Positions 1 to 8,015 of a DNA stretch of 40,308 nucleotides are shown in pieces. The notes beneath the pieces were generated by a model. It did not search any database and had not been told where the DNA came from. It saw nothing but the letters and a program-made list of their open reading frames with translations. The stretch lies in the IMG/VR virus record IMGVR_UViG_2778261673_000007; one strand, 5' to 3'. Position numbers and translations under genes: made by a program. The first letter of the stretch is position 1; every line of letters begins with the position of its first letter. This DNA is from a virus (taxonomy: Duplodnaviria; Heunggongvirae; Uroviricota; Caudoviricetes).

Positions 1-465
1 TCACTTTGATTCAATTTTGAAACTTTTTTTAACCACTAAAATCATGCAGCTAATCACTTCTGCAATGAGGTTAAGAGATAGCACGATAGCAAAAAGTTCT
101 AAAGCAGTAAATAGCTTGCCTTTAGAAGGGATAAATTCGTGCTGAGGATAATTTACTAGTGGTATGTCATAATTACGTAAATAGGGAAGGAAGATTGTTA
201 CTGCCAGACACATGACCAGTAATTTCAAATCTAATTCTAAACTATCTAAATAGTCCGTAAAGTCTGTGCTTTTCTCGCCCTTATTAATGACAGCCAAAAT
301 TCCGAAGATAACGGAGATACCTGCGGCAATACCTCCAAGTATTGAACCTATTACTCCAGCAGAAGCCTGCTCAAGTAAGGTATAAATGGTTTTATCAGTC
401 GATGCTAATGCTAAGCACAAAAAGAAGGTAGCTATAGCTTTAATCCAGACAGTTAGATTTTGCAT
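1..465 (-). CDS. Small integral membrane protein, about four predicted TM helices; downstream partner of the 298-aa gene (putative effector of a two-gene cargo module)
   Basis: Complete ORF with stop at 1-3; four hydrophobic stretches in the translation; 26-nt overlap with the upstream gene (440-465) suggests translational coupling; AT-rich relative to the phage structural genes. No family recognised. Confidence 0.5.
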   Translation of the reverse strand: MQNLTVWIKAIATFFLCLALASTDKTIYTLLEQASAGVIGSILGGIAAGISVIFGILAVINKGEKSTDFTDYLDSLELDLKLLVMCLAVTIFLPYLRNYDIPLVNYPQHEFIPSKGKLFTALELFAIVLSLNLIAEVISCMILVVKKSFKIESK

Positions 466-1336
466 TTTTGAACGTATACCTGTTTTGATGTAATGCTATG
501 ATCTCTTTAATATCATTTGCTGAGTAGCCATCAAGTTCAATTTCTGATATCTCACCTTCGATCAGCACGATTTTGGCTGTCTGATTACTGGATACCGTAG
601 TAGATTTTGACTTGAGTGTCTTACGTCCTTTAATCAACCATGACCCGCCACCATCTTTGACCCAGTCAACAAGAGTCTCAGCCCAATGAGAACCTTTGAG
701 TTTCAAATTGCCATCTTTGTTTTCAAAAATAGTGGTCACAGTATTTGCATTGGTATCTTTTTCAAGCTTCCGTAAATCATTGGTTAACGCTTGCTTACTG
801 CTTCCGAAGATATTCGGAGTAATCAGCGTAAAGCTGACTTTGTCGATAAATTGAAGCCTATGGTATTCTGACCAAAAATCTTCCATTTCAAGACAAGGCT
901 CTATAAATATTCTAAGTCCTAACTGAGCCAAATAGTCGTTATTGGCTAGATCTTCAAACGCTTTAGCAACTTGTTGCGCATCCTTGAAAACAGCGGTTTT
1001 CCTCTCAACCAGTAACACCTGCTCTACTTTGTCCCAAATCCATACGATAGGTGGATAGTTGTCTACATCGTACTCTCGAAAGTCTTTATCATGTCCTTTA
1101 ATCTTTTGCAGCTTTGATATGACTCCAGCCATAACACCATCAGTAGGTTTTATGCTCAATTTCAGGGTGTAACTAGTTTTCTTATGAACGGAAGGTGTTG
1201 ATGACGTCATGTGTAAATTTTTTGCAGCGATAACCATAGCATTTTCAAAATGAGAGATATCTTTCTGAACAGTTCCTTTCGAAAAGAGGTCTGGATCGCG
1301 CGGTCTCATTAACACACGTAAGGCATACAACTGCAT
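440..1336 (-). CDS. Hypothetical 298-aa cytoplasmic protein, first gene of an int-proximal two-gene cargo module
   Basis: ATG at 1334-1336 preceded by AGGAG with 8-nt spacing; no TM segments, no P-loop, no HExxH, no recognisable nucleotidyltransferase motif; AT-rich; promoter region upstream carries a LexA box. Confidence 0.55.
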   Translation of the reverse strand: MQLYALRVLMRPRDPDLFSKGTVQKDISHFENAMVIAAKNLHMTSSTPSVHKKTSYTLKLSIKPTDGVMAGVISKLQKIKGHDKDFREYDVDNYPPIVWIWDKVEQVLLVERKTAVFKDAQQVAKAFEDLANNDYLAQLGLRIFIEPCLEMEDFWSEYHRLQFIDKVSFTLITPNIFGSSKQALTNDLRKLEKDTNANTVTTIFENKDGNLKLKGSHWAETLVDWVKDGGGSWLIKGRKTLKSKSTTVSSNQTAKIVLIEGEISEIELDGYSANDIKEIIALHQNRYTFKNAKSNCLD

Positions 1337-1414
1337 AAGAAAACTCCTGTAAACTATTTGGTTTCATTATTCCATAAAACCAAGCACTTTCAAGAGCTTA
1401 ATTTTCTTTCAATT

Positions 1415-1430
1415 CTGTATGCATATACAG
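1415..1430. promoter_or_regulatory. LexA (SOS) box CTGTATGCATATACAG in the promoter region of the two-gene cargo module
   Basis: Perfect CTGT-N8-ACAG palindrome with AT-rich spacer, flanked by t...ta as in the E. coli consensus taCTGTatatatatACAGta; lies in the 115-bp gap between the int stop and the start of the 298-aa gene, near putative -35/-10 elements on the minus strand. Confidence 0.55.
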
Positions 1431-1451
1431 TATCATTCAATTTTGTAAAAT

Positions 1452-2579
1452 TCAAACCTTGATTTTTGCCCATTCCTTACCACGATCATCATGGTATTTA
1501 GCTGTCTGGTTAGGCGATTTATGTCCCAGAAGTTTTTGGGTGTCGACGCCCTGAGCTTCGTAAAGTCGCTCAGATAAAGATCTTTGTTCATGGAATGTGG
1601 CGGGCGAACCTTCACCCCAGTCAATGCCTGCTAAATCCCTCGCTTTACTGAAATTCATCGTCAATGTATTGGCTTTTACTTGCGCGCCACGTTCAGCCTG
1701 TGAAGTAGTACGAAAAAAATGTACAAGGTATGGGCTGACTGCATAGTCACGGCAGCGGGCTACTACATCGCGTAAACTCCAGTTAATTGCATTGAGGCGA
1801 AGGGAAAGCGGGATGGCGATTTTGCTCCCGGTTTTTTCTTGGATGACGTGAAGATGATCATCCCAAATATCGCTAAATTTCATACGTGAGATATCACCTA
1901 ACCGTTGGCCGGTAACCAGTGCTAACAGCATGGCATTCCCCATATAACGATGGCGGGCATCTGCGATATCAAAGATTTTTTGCCATTCTTCAAGACTTAA
2001 CCGTTGTCGGGTAATTTTTCTTCTGGGTTGTTTGGTTGCCAGTGCTGGATTATAGCCCGGAGGGACTTCCCCATAGTGTTGTGCCTCCTTGAATACATCA
2101 ATTAGAACGGAGCGGACTACTTGCGCCATCCTCGGTTGCCCGGCAGTGATATACTCGTCAAGTAATTGTGCTATATCCCTTACATCAACTGATGAAATTA
2201 ATTTCATTCCTGCTCGTTCCCTGAGCAAGGATACTGGTTTGGCTTTCTGTTTATAGGTGTTTAGCTTTATATCGCCACTTTCCAGTCTGTCATCCTGGAT
2301 TGCTTGATAGCGATCTAACCAGGTTGACGTTGTGATTGCTTTTCCTTTGCTGGTTGCGATCCTGTCACTGATAGCCAGAATCTGCCGGGTTCTTTGCTCA
2401 GCCAGGCGTGAATTTGCCTCAGTGGCAATAGCAATGGCTTCAGCTTCGTTTGTGCCTAAAGAATGAAACTTCCCGGTCACTGGATGTTTATATCGCCAAT
2501 AGACTTTATTTACTTTTCTACTATAAAGCGGATACAAGTTCGGGACTGAAACATTATTTTTACGTGGTCTGGCTGCCAT
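1452..2579 (-). CDS. intE: Tyrosine site-specific integrase, e14 IntE-like (375 aa)
   Basis: 375-aa ORF with the phage-integrase C-terminal catalytic region (R...HxxR...Y pattern near ...LGHKSPNQTAKYHD); followed on the same strand by an excisionase-like gene; element sits at icd as e14 does. Confidence 0.85.
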   Translation of the reverse strand: MAARPRKNNVSVPNLYPLYSRKVNKVYWRYKHPVTGKFHSLGTNEAEAIAIATEANSRLAEQRTRQILAISDRIATSKGKAITTSTWLDRYQAIQDDRLESGDIKLNTYKQKAKPVSLLRERAGMKLISSVDVRDIAQLLDEYITAGQPRMAQVVRSVLIDVFKEAQHYGEVPPGYNPALATKQPRRKITRQRLSLEEWQKIFDIADARHRYMGNAMLLALVTGQRLGDISRMKFSDIWDDHLHVIQEKTGSKIAIPLSLRLNAINWSLRDVVARCRDYAVSPYLVHFFRTTSQAERGAQVKANTLTMNFSKARDLAGIDWGEGSPATFHEQRSLSERLYEAQGVDTQKLLGHKSPNQTAKYHDDRGKEWAKIKV

Positions 2580-2805
2580 TACTTAAAATCCTTTGTAGAA
2601 TAATAGAATCATTTTTCTTGATGACAGGAGTAACTAATTCCCCAACTAACTCTGCGTCCTCACGCACTCGCCATAGTCGACCTTGTTTCATTGCCGGTGG
2701 ACAAAATAAATTCTGCTTAGCATAACGACGCAATGTGGACACGCTTGGAGGATTACTTCTGTATTTTTCCGCAGCCCATTCCTCAAGTGTCAGCATTTGA
2801 AGCAT
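2560..2805 (-). CDS. xisE: Excisionase / AlpA-like small DNA-binding protein (likely start at the internal Met, about 81 aa)
   Basis: Small basic ORF immediately upstream of and overlapping int; sequence ...LTLEEWAAEKY...PSVSTLRRYAK...GRLWRVRED typical of phage Xis/AlpA helix-turn-helix proteins. Confidence 0.7.
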   Translation of the reverse strand: MLQMLTLEEWAAEKYRSNPPSVSTLRRYAKQNLFCPPAMKQGRLWRVREDAELVGELVTPVIKKNDSIILQRILSNGSQTT

Positions 2806-2848
2806 TTTTGATAACCTCATTTCTTTTGCTACAAAACTATTTCACTAG

Positions 2849-3397
2849 TTAATTTCGCTGTCTGGATTGTTTATGCATCTTATGCAGCTCTTTAAAGCGT
2901 TCCATAAACATCCCGTAGGCATGGCCCGGTGCCAGTGGAATCACGTTGAACATCTCTGTTGCCGGGATGCCTTCCAGCACAGGCCAGAAAGAGCCATCAT
3001 CAAGCCCGAGATCGCGGCGTTCGGTTGCCAGCATGATGAGATCGGCATATTTCACGGGCGTACTCATAACCGGGGGTAACCCGTATTTCTCACGGATTAC
3101 GGCGTCTATTTTTTCTTCCATCTGTTTATAGTCAGGAAGAAGGCGTTTCAGTGGAGCGGGGATGTCCTGGCAATACACTTCTGTTGCATCATGCATTAAC
3201 GCTTCAAAAGCAAATTCCTGCGGTACCAGTTGGCTGCAAAGAACCGCATGTTGGGCGACGCTGTAGAAGTGTGAAAGATGTCCTGCAAAGCGACAGATAT
3301 TTGAAAGGGAAAACGCGATATCGTTAATAACGATGTCGTCTTTATTTATCCTGTCATAATAAAAATGCTTCCCAGAAAAAGTTTTAATAAATGACAT
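2849..3397 (-). CDS. HD-domain phosphohydrolase (YfdR-like 5'-deoxynucleotidase)
   Basis: Translation contains the H...HD metal-binding pattern (AGHLSHF...ALMHDATE); start placed at the internal ATG (MSFIKTF) preceded by GGAG; the ORF-track start at 3460 is probably too far upstream. Confidence 0.7.
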   Translation of the reverse strand: MSFIKTFSGKHFYYDRINKDDIVINDIAFSLSNICRFAGHLSHFYSVAQHAVLCSQLVPQEFAFEALMHDATEVYCQDIPAPLKRLLPDYKQMEEKIDAVIREKYGLPPVMSTPVKYADLIMLATERRDLGLDDGSFWPVLEGIPATEMFNVIPLAPGHAYGMFMERFKELHKMHKQSRQRN

Positions 3398-3525
3398 TTT
3401 GTTCTCCACGTTATTTGCGCTGCACCGCACTGAATTCTGGTAAAAGGAAGCCCTCACCATCCGGCGATTATTGAGTTAATTACGTTTCCATAAATGCCCC
3501 CGCAGGGGCATTTGCAGTAATCAAA

Positions 3526-4350
3526 TCAGGCGGTGAAAGTACCAATAAAGGTTTCTACTTTGCTGTCTTTGAATTTCTCAACAAGCAGATCGCGAAATTC
3601 GTTAGCCATTTCTTCCTGCACCGCCTCCAGCTGAATAATGCGCAGAACAAGTACAGGACGATCGCCAGTGATAATGCTGAGGCGTAATTTAAAAGAACGT
3701 TCTTTCAGACCTTCAAACGGAACGCATTTAAATTCAAATGCCACTGGCATAATGTCTTTGGTCTTCGCTTCGACAGACTCCATCAGGGAGCGTTTGCCGC
3801 TGAAGTCATTGTCTTCAAAATCAGCAGTCTGGTTCGCTTCAATTGTGATTTTACGGATCGCCGCAGCCGCTTTGGTTGCCTGAATGGCGTCACCATTAGC
3901 ATCAAAGCCCACAAGGTTGTCGGCCCAGTCTTCAATCCATTCTGCCAGTGATTTCTGGGAGTTACGCTCGCCGTGAACAGACAACAGAGCAGAGAACGGT
4001 GCTGTCTTTTTCAGTTTGAGAGTGGCGGTGTTATCTGCGTGGCCTGGTTCATCAATAGTACCCAGGTTAAGCACACTGACGGCACGCATATTATCAGCAT
4101 CGATAAAGCAGCGGGTGCCTTCATCTGCAAGATCTTTAGAATAACGGGTAAAGTCATCAATGCTGGCAGTGGAAAGCGCACCACGGAAACGGAAGCGATT
4201 TAAATTAAATTTTTCCAGGTCATGAATGCGGAAATTCTCAGGCAATGCCACAGCATCGGCACCAATCTTACTGATAATTTCATTAACACCCTGAGCAGAA
4301 ATAAGGGCATGGATTTGATTAATTGCGGTTGCGTCTAAGTTCTGAGACAT
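3526..4350 (-). CDS. YfdQ-like DUF2303-family phage protein (274 aa)
   Basis: 274-aa ORF with GAGGA RBS; sequence and length recalled as matching the YfdQ family of the E. coli CPS-53 prophage early region; adjacent to the HD hydrolase as yfdQ-yfdR are. Confidence 0.6.
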   Translation of the reverse strand: MSQNLDATAINQIHALISAQGVNEIISKIGADAVALPENFRIHDLEKFNLNRFRFRGALSTASIDDFTRYSKDLADEGTRCFIDADNMRAVSVLNLGTIDEPGHADNTATLKLKKTAPFSALLSVHGERNSQKSLAEWIEDWADNLVGFDANGDAIQATKAAAAIRKITIEANQTADFEDNDFSGKRSLMESVEAKTKDIMPVAFEFKCVPFEGLKERSFKLRLSIITGDRPVLVLRIIQLEAVQEEMANEFRDLLVEKFKDSKVETFIGTFTA

Positions 4351-4415
4351 AATAAGTCCTCACTATATAAAGATATTCAGTGATGAGATAAATAATCAGT
4401 TAATTAAAAACGATA

Positions 4416-4778
4416 TTAACGACCTGCTGCGCGGAGTTTTCCGTCAGGTTCACCGGCAAGAGTCAGTAACTGTCCCTGGTCTTCCTGCAGAATAGTCAGG
4501 CGACCACCGCGATTGACATACATCGGCGTTTCGGTGGTGTCTTCTTCGGAAATTTTCCCGCGGTTAGTCGGGCGAACATATGAGAGTTTGTGTTTGATTT
4601 TCACTCGGTTCTCATCAAACGGTTCGATTTCCAGGTTGAGTGAGACCTTACCTTTGGTTTTCGTGTTCATCACACCGGAAGCGACTTCACTGAGAACTGC
4701 GCCGATTTTGGTTTCAAATACGCCGCCGTCCAGCTCCCCGATAAATGCCTGCACATCAGTACTGCGTTCGCTAGCCAT
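4416..4778 (-). CDS. Hypothetical early-left-operon protein (about 121 aa; start at internal ATG with GGAG RBS)
   Basis: The ORF-track version (4416-5096) extends into GC-rich, non-protein-like sequence; a GGAG-ATG pair at 4776-4778 gives a compact protein with normal composition. Confidence 0.5.
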   Translation of the reverse strand: MASERSTDVQAFIGELDGGVFETKIGAVLSEVASGVMNTKTKGKVSLNLEIEPFDENRVKIKHKLSYVRPTNRGKISEEDTTETPMYVNRGGRLTILQEDQGQLLTLAGEPDGKLRAAGR

Positions 4779-4826
4779 TTTGCTGCTCCTCATCATATCG
4801 ACCCTGCAAGGCCGATTAGTTTCTCC

Positions 4827-4915
4827 ACAAAACAGAGAAGAACACCTGCGGTGGCAGCCGCCCGGATGGATTGGGTTATGAGCCCGTCGTCCGGTGATGC
4901 TCTTCTCTGTTTTGT
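4827..4915. repeat. 15-bp perfect inverted repeat (ACAAAACAGAGAAGA / TCTTCTCTGTTTTGT) enclosing a 59-nt GC-rich loop
   Basis: Arms at 4827-4841 and 4901-4915 read directly from the sequence; lies in a 470-bp stretch with no credible ORF. Confidence 0.45.
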
Positions 4916-5182
4916 AAAAAGGACGGTACCAGCCGGAAGCAAGGGTACAAACTGGTACCGCCAGGACTACACACAGCATAAAGTTGTGGTGCCGGGTGCC
5001 TCCCGGTGCCTGGCGAAGGTTGCACACCAGGCGGGTGGGTATCCACAGAAGGTCGACTGTCAGCCTCAACCTTAACCCGCGTGCGCTGAGCCGCATTCAC
5101 CACAACGCTAAGGATTCTCTCTGGTTGAAAATACTTAGCTGTTATGTGCCTGCTTTTAGCCACATCAGGCGAGGTGGACCTA

Positions 5183-5231
5183 GTTATTCCCCAACAACAA
5201 GGATTCGGTTAATCTGGTTATCCCCAACAAC
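5183..5231. promoter_or_regulatory. Two direct repeats GTTAT(T/C)CCCCAACAAC 34 bp apart, immediately upstream of the 5247 gene
   Basis: Copies at 5183-5198 and 5217-5231; positioned within about 50 bp of the start codon at 5247; candidate operator or UTR element. Confidence 0.35.
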
Positions 5232-5246
5232 GCAAAAGGAAAAGAA

Positions 5247-5681
5247 ATGTCCGGTAATATCTATACGCTGTACAAATCCCACTGTGAAAATGTTGGAAAG
5301 TATCGGGGCATTGAAATCAGTGGGGTAGTGCCATCAGTCGAAATAAGCAAAGTTGAATCAAGGGCAACATTACTTACTCTTTTGGACCTTGTCTTACATG
5401 AGCACCGGAAGAAATTCGGCACTCCCTATAATCAGTTGAATGGGAAAAAGGCTCTGGTTCACCTTATTCTGATGAAGCATCACTGGATGCCAAAACAGAT
5501 TAATGAGATGAAATTTGATGAACTTCTTCTTTCAATTCAGGATGAACTCACACTTGATAAAATAAGCGTAACCGCCCAGAAATTTTTAGATTATCGAGAC
5601 TGGAGATCACAAATTCATCACTTTGATGATTTTGACGAAAATGAATGGGATCCTAATTTGTCTGCACAATATCTAAAGTAA
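5247..5681 (+). CDS. Hypothetical 144-aa protein, oriented against the leftward early operon (possible lysogeny-expressed moron)
   Basis: ATG ORF with AAAGGAAAAG upstream; AT-rich; convergent with and overlapping the minus-strand small gene at 5653-5681; no family recognised. Confidence 0.5.
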   Translation: MSGNIYTLYKSHCENVGKYRGIEISGVVPSVEISKVESRATLLTLLDLVLHEHRKKFGTPYNQLNGKKALVHLILMKHHWMPKQINEMKFDELLLSIQDELTLDKISVTAQKFLDYRDWRSQIHHFDDFDENEWDPNLSAQYLK

Positions 5682-5859
5682 CATCCTGTGATAAAACCGT
5701 GATTTCCTGATCCAGTTTTTTTAAGGAGTCTATTGTTTCCTGTCGATAAGACAGCACTTCACGAAGCTGGTTTATAGCTGCCAGCTTCTTTGTCATCCAC
5801 TCATAAATTTCCTCATCTGTGTAGCCAGGCGCGACGATTTTGGGTTCTGTTTTGTGCAT
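5653..5859 (-). CDS. Hypothetical small protein (about 68 aa) at the head of the leftward operon
   Basis: Internal ATG (MHKTEPK) preceded by AGGAGATGTGAA; lies just downstream of the putative OL/pL region. Confidence 0.4.
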   Translation of the reverse strand: MHKTEPKIVAPGYTDEEIYEWMTKKLAAINQLREVLSYRQETIDSLKKLDQEITVLSQDVTLDIVQTN

Positions 5860-5918
5860 TTCACATCTCCTCAAGTTATCAGTTACTTGTTGATGGGGAC
5901 CAGATTGTTAAAGAGCTA

Positions 5919-5941
5919 AGCGTCCTGTAGGGCGCTTTTTT
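5919..5941 (+). terminator. Putative rho-independent terminator (short bulged GC stem followed by TTTTTT)
   Basis: AGCG(t)CC ... GGCGCT followed by a T6 run on the plus strand; would terminate transcripts of the 5247 gene. Confidence 0.35.
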
Positions 5942-6020
5942 GTTGCTAACGAATCATCCTGGACTTCATATGCCCCAGGCGGCTACTTCGTGGGCGTCCT
6001 GCCTGTTCGTTGTTTCGCTT

Positions 6021-6047
6021 GGGTACATTATGTATCTCAAAGGTACA
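6021..6047. promoter_or_regulatory. Putative OL operator half-sites (GGTACA motifs) left of the repressor gene
   Basis: GGTACATTATGTATC and AGGTACATTG share the GTACA half-site with the palindromes found between the repressor and cro genes. Confidence 0.35.
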
Positions 6048-6093
6048 TTGTCAAGTATAAAAAAACCTGCCGAAGCAGGTTCATAAACATTGA

Positions 6094-6768
6094 TTAGGCT
6101 TTGATTTTGTATCTTCTTGGTTTTCCTGAGAAAATCACTGTACCAATTATAGAGCAATTACCGTTGATCTTAATGTAAGGCTCAGGCCAGTTTGGGTTTA
6201 ACGCTTTGAGATAACGCTGTGTCCCATCTTCTATCAACCTTTTGAAGGTGGTTTCACCTGTATCGTGCATCAATGCAATAACGTCGTCACCGTGGCAGGC
6301 AGGTACTTCAGGATCGACAAAAATCATGTCTCCCGGGCGGTACTCATCAATCATTGAATCACCTATCACCCGCAAGATATAAGTCATTTCCCCACAGGGT
6401 ACAGGGCAGGGATACGTTTCTGCTGTGCTCAAATCAACCTCAGAATATCCAACTTCTTTCCATGCTCCGGCCTGTACCCATGATATGACAGGGACTAATG
6501 TGATTTGTTTATTAGTGATTGAAACATCAGGTTTTTTTGTGATGTTCGTTGTCTGGTGTTCTTGATCGAGCCATCCGACAGGCAGGTCGAAACATTTTTC
6601 GATGTGTCGTGCCATGCTGTCACCGATATTTTTAGTAGCACCATCTCCCATAAACCTGCTGGTCTGGGTTGGCTCGCGATCAATCATAGTGGCAAAGGAA
6701 GAATTCCCGCCAACACCATCTCTCAGTTTTCTGGCGTTAGACCGCCGGATGTCATGGATTGTTTTCAT
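6094..6768 (-). CDS. cohE: CI-like prophage repressor: N-terminal HTH, C-terminal S24 LexA-type self-cleaving peptidase domain
   Basis: 224 aa; C-terminal region contains the GDSM serine motif and a downstream Lys (TFKRL) typical of S24 peptidases; divergent from a Cro-like gene across an operator-rich intergenic region; size matches the e14 repressor. Confidence 0.8.
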   Translation of the reverse strand: MKTIHDIRRSNARKLRDGVGGNSSFATMIDREPTQTSRFMGDGATKNIGDSMARHIEKCFDLPVGWLDQEHQTTNITKKPDVSITNKQITLVPVISWVQAGAWKEVGYSEVDLSTAETYPCPVPCGEMTYILRVIGDSMIDEYRPGDMIFVDPEVPACHGDDVIALMHDTGETTFKRLIEDGTQRYLKALNPNWPEPYIKINGNCSIIGTVIFSGKPRRYKIKA

Positions 6769-6783
6769 AACGAAATTAAAACC

Positions 6784-6853
6784 CTTGTACCGCTAAGGTA
6801 CAAGTATCTTGAAGGTTCATTTCAATCATGTAATATGTACACCGGAGGTACAT
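6784..6853. promoter_or_regulatory. OR/pR region: palindromic operators CTTGTACC-N5-GGTACAAG and ATGTAC-N7-GTACAT with a TTGAAG-16-TAATAT promoter reading into cro
   Basis: Palindromes read directly (6784-6804 and 6835-6853); -35 TTGAAG at 6809-6814 and -10 TAATAT at 6831-6836; the second operator overlaps the -10. Confidence 0.5.
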
Positions 6854-6858
6854 ATTGT

Positions 6859-7059
6859 ATGAAAGCGTATTGGGACTCTTTAACCAAAGAACAGCAGGGC
6901 GAGTTGGCCGGAAAAGTTGGCTCAACACCTGGCTACTTACGGCTGGTTTTCAATGGCTATAAAAAAGCCAGTTTTGTGCTGGCTAAAAAACTTGAGCAAT
7001 GCACGTCAGGTGCAATTACGAAATCTGACTTAAGACCGGATATCTATCCGAAAGATTAG
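6859..7059 (+). CDS. croE: Cro-like small HTH regulator (66 aa)
   Basis: ATG at 6859 preceded by GGAGG; divergent from the repressor; small helix-turn-helix-like protein. Confidence 0.65.
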   Translation: MKAYWDSLTKEQQGELAGKVGSTPGYLRLVFNGYKKASFVLAKKLEQCTSGAITKSDLRPDIYPKD

Positions 7060-7090
7060 CAGAACACTTTCAATTTTTAACCACAGAACG

Positions 7091-7660
7091 ATGAGGCTAA
7101 TCGTGGGTAAGCATCACTGGAAAATAGAAAAACAGCCTGAGTGGTACGTGAAAGCTGTCAGAAAAACTATCGCGGCGTTGCCGGGTGGTTACGCTGAAGC
7201 GGCTGACTGGCTCGATGTAACAGAAAACGCTTTATTCAACCGCCTTCGTGCAGATGGCGATCAGATTTTCCCGCTGGGATGGGCAATGGTTTTACAGCGT
7301 GCTGGTGGCACTCACTTCATTGCTGATGCTGTGGCGCAGTCTGCAAATGGCGTCTTTGTGTCTCTTCCTGACGTCGAGGATGTGGACAACGCCGATATTA
7401 ACCAGCGTCTGCTGGAAGTCATTGAACAGATCGGCAGTTATTCAAAACAGATTCGTTCAGCAATCGAAGACGGTGTAGTGGAACCGCATGAGAAGACAGC
7501 AATTAACGACGAGCTGTATCTCTCAATTTCGAAGCTGCAGGAGCATGCAGCACTTGTCTACAAAATTTTTTGCATTTCAGAAAGTAATGACGCCCGCGAG
7601 TGTGCAGCTCCGGGCGTCGTGGCGTCGATTGCTTCTGGTTGTGGAGAAACTAACGCATGA
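7091..7660 (+). CDS. CII-like phage regulatory protein (YmfL-like, 189 aa)
   Basis: Position immediately after cro and size match the CII/CP76 regulatory proteins of lambdoid prophages; assignment by position and recalled family resemblance only. Confidence 0.5.
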   Translation: MRLIVGKHHWKIEKQPEWYVKAVRKTIAALPGGYAEAADWLDVTENALFNRLRADGDQIFPLGWAMVLQRAGGTHFIADAVAQSANGVFVSLPDVEDVDNADINQRLLEVIEQIGSYSKQIRSAIEDGVVEPHEKTAINDELYLSISKLQEHAALVYKIFCISESNDARECAAPGVVASIASGCGETNA

Positions 7661-7995
7661 ACAGTTTAACAACACACTACCGTCGCTCGCAACTGATTGC
7701 GCTTCCTGTACCGGGTGGAAAAGCGAAGGTGGAATATTGCTATGCAGTGAATGTACCAGGTGGCAGGGTAATTGTAACCCACAGCTTTGCAGAGTGGGCT
7801 GTGGGTGATTTCAACCGGCAAAAGGAGACAGTCCTTTGCGACAAGTTAACCGCTGGTTCAAAGATCACTACGGAGTACCCGTCAGAGTCATTCGTTGGGA
7901 GCCGGAAACACAACGGGTTATCTACCTCCGCGAAGGCTATGAGCATGAATGCTTCAGTCCGCTCGAACAGTTTCGTCGTAAATTCAGGGAAATAG
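7657..7995 (+). CDS. Hypothetical protein (YmfM-like, 112 aa); C-terminal half may be the wrong frame
   Basis: ORF overlaps the upstream stop (ATGA coupling); the N-terminal half looks protein-like, the C-terminal half is Ser-rich and low-complexity while an overlapping frame is more protein-like. Confidence 0.4.
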   Translation: MNSLTTHYRRSQLIALPVPGGKAKVEYCYAVNVPGGRVIVTHSFAEWAVGDFNRQKETVLCDKLTAGSKITTEYPSESFVGSRKHNGLSTSAKAMSMNASVRSNSFVVNSGK

Positions 7996-8015
7996 AGGTC
8001 GGTCATGAGCACTAA
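7836..8015 (+). CDS. Possible small overlapping gene (59 aa, TTG start) not in the ORF track
   Basis: AAGGAGA 8 nt upstream of TTG at 7836; translation ...[51 protein letters not shown] has normal protein-like composition; ends at TAA 8013-8015, overlapping the start of the replication gene. Confidence 0.3.
   Translation: MRQVNRWFKDHYGVPVRVIRWEPETQRVIYLREGYEHECFSPLEQFRRKFREIEVGHEH

Noticed and set aside
440-1336. Identification of the 298-aa protein as Lit protease (expected at this e14 position), a CBASS cyclase or RexA
   Set aside because: No HExxH zinc-protease motif, no GS...DxD nucleotidyltransferase motif, and no by-eye similarity to lambda RexA; gene is also on the opposite strand to lit in K-12. 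Left as unknown.
1337-1451. Phage attachment site between int and the cargo genes
   Set aside because: The icd fragment and host genes at the right end show the element extends leftward beyond the cargo module, so the int-adjacent gap is a promoter/operator region, not attL.
4513-5328. Several overlapping ORFs (4513-4881, 4851-5075, 4876-5163, 4984-5328)
   Set aside because: Pro/Gly/Arg-rich translations typical of GC-rich non-coding DNA; no ribosome-binding sites (one start is preceded by an anti-SD-like CCTC); mutually overlapping in different frames.
5966-6157. 63-aa ORF on the minus strand
   Set aside because: Overlaps the 3' end of the repressor gene and the putative OL operator region; no RBS; likely spurious.
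7488-7808. 106-aa ORF overlapping the CII-like gene
   Set aside because: Lies in an alternative frame of the 7091-7660 gene, Cys/Ser/Arg-rich, no RBS.
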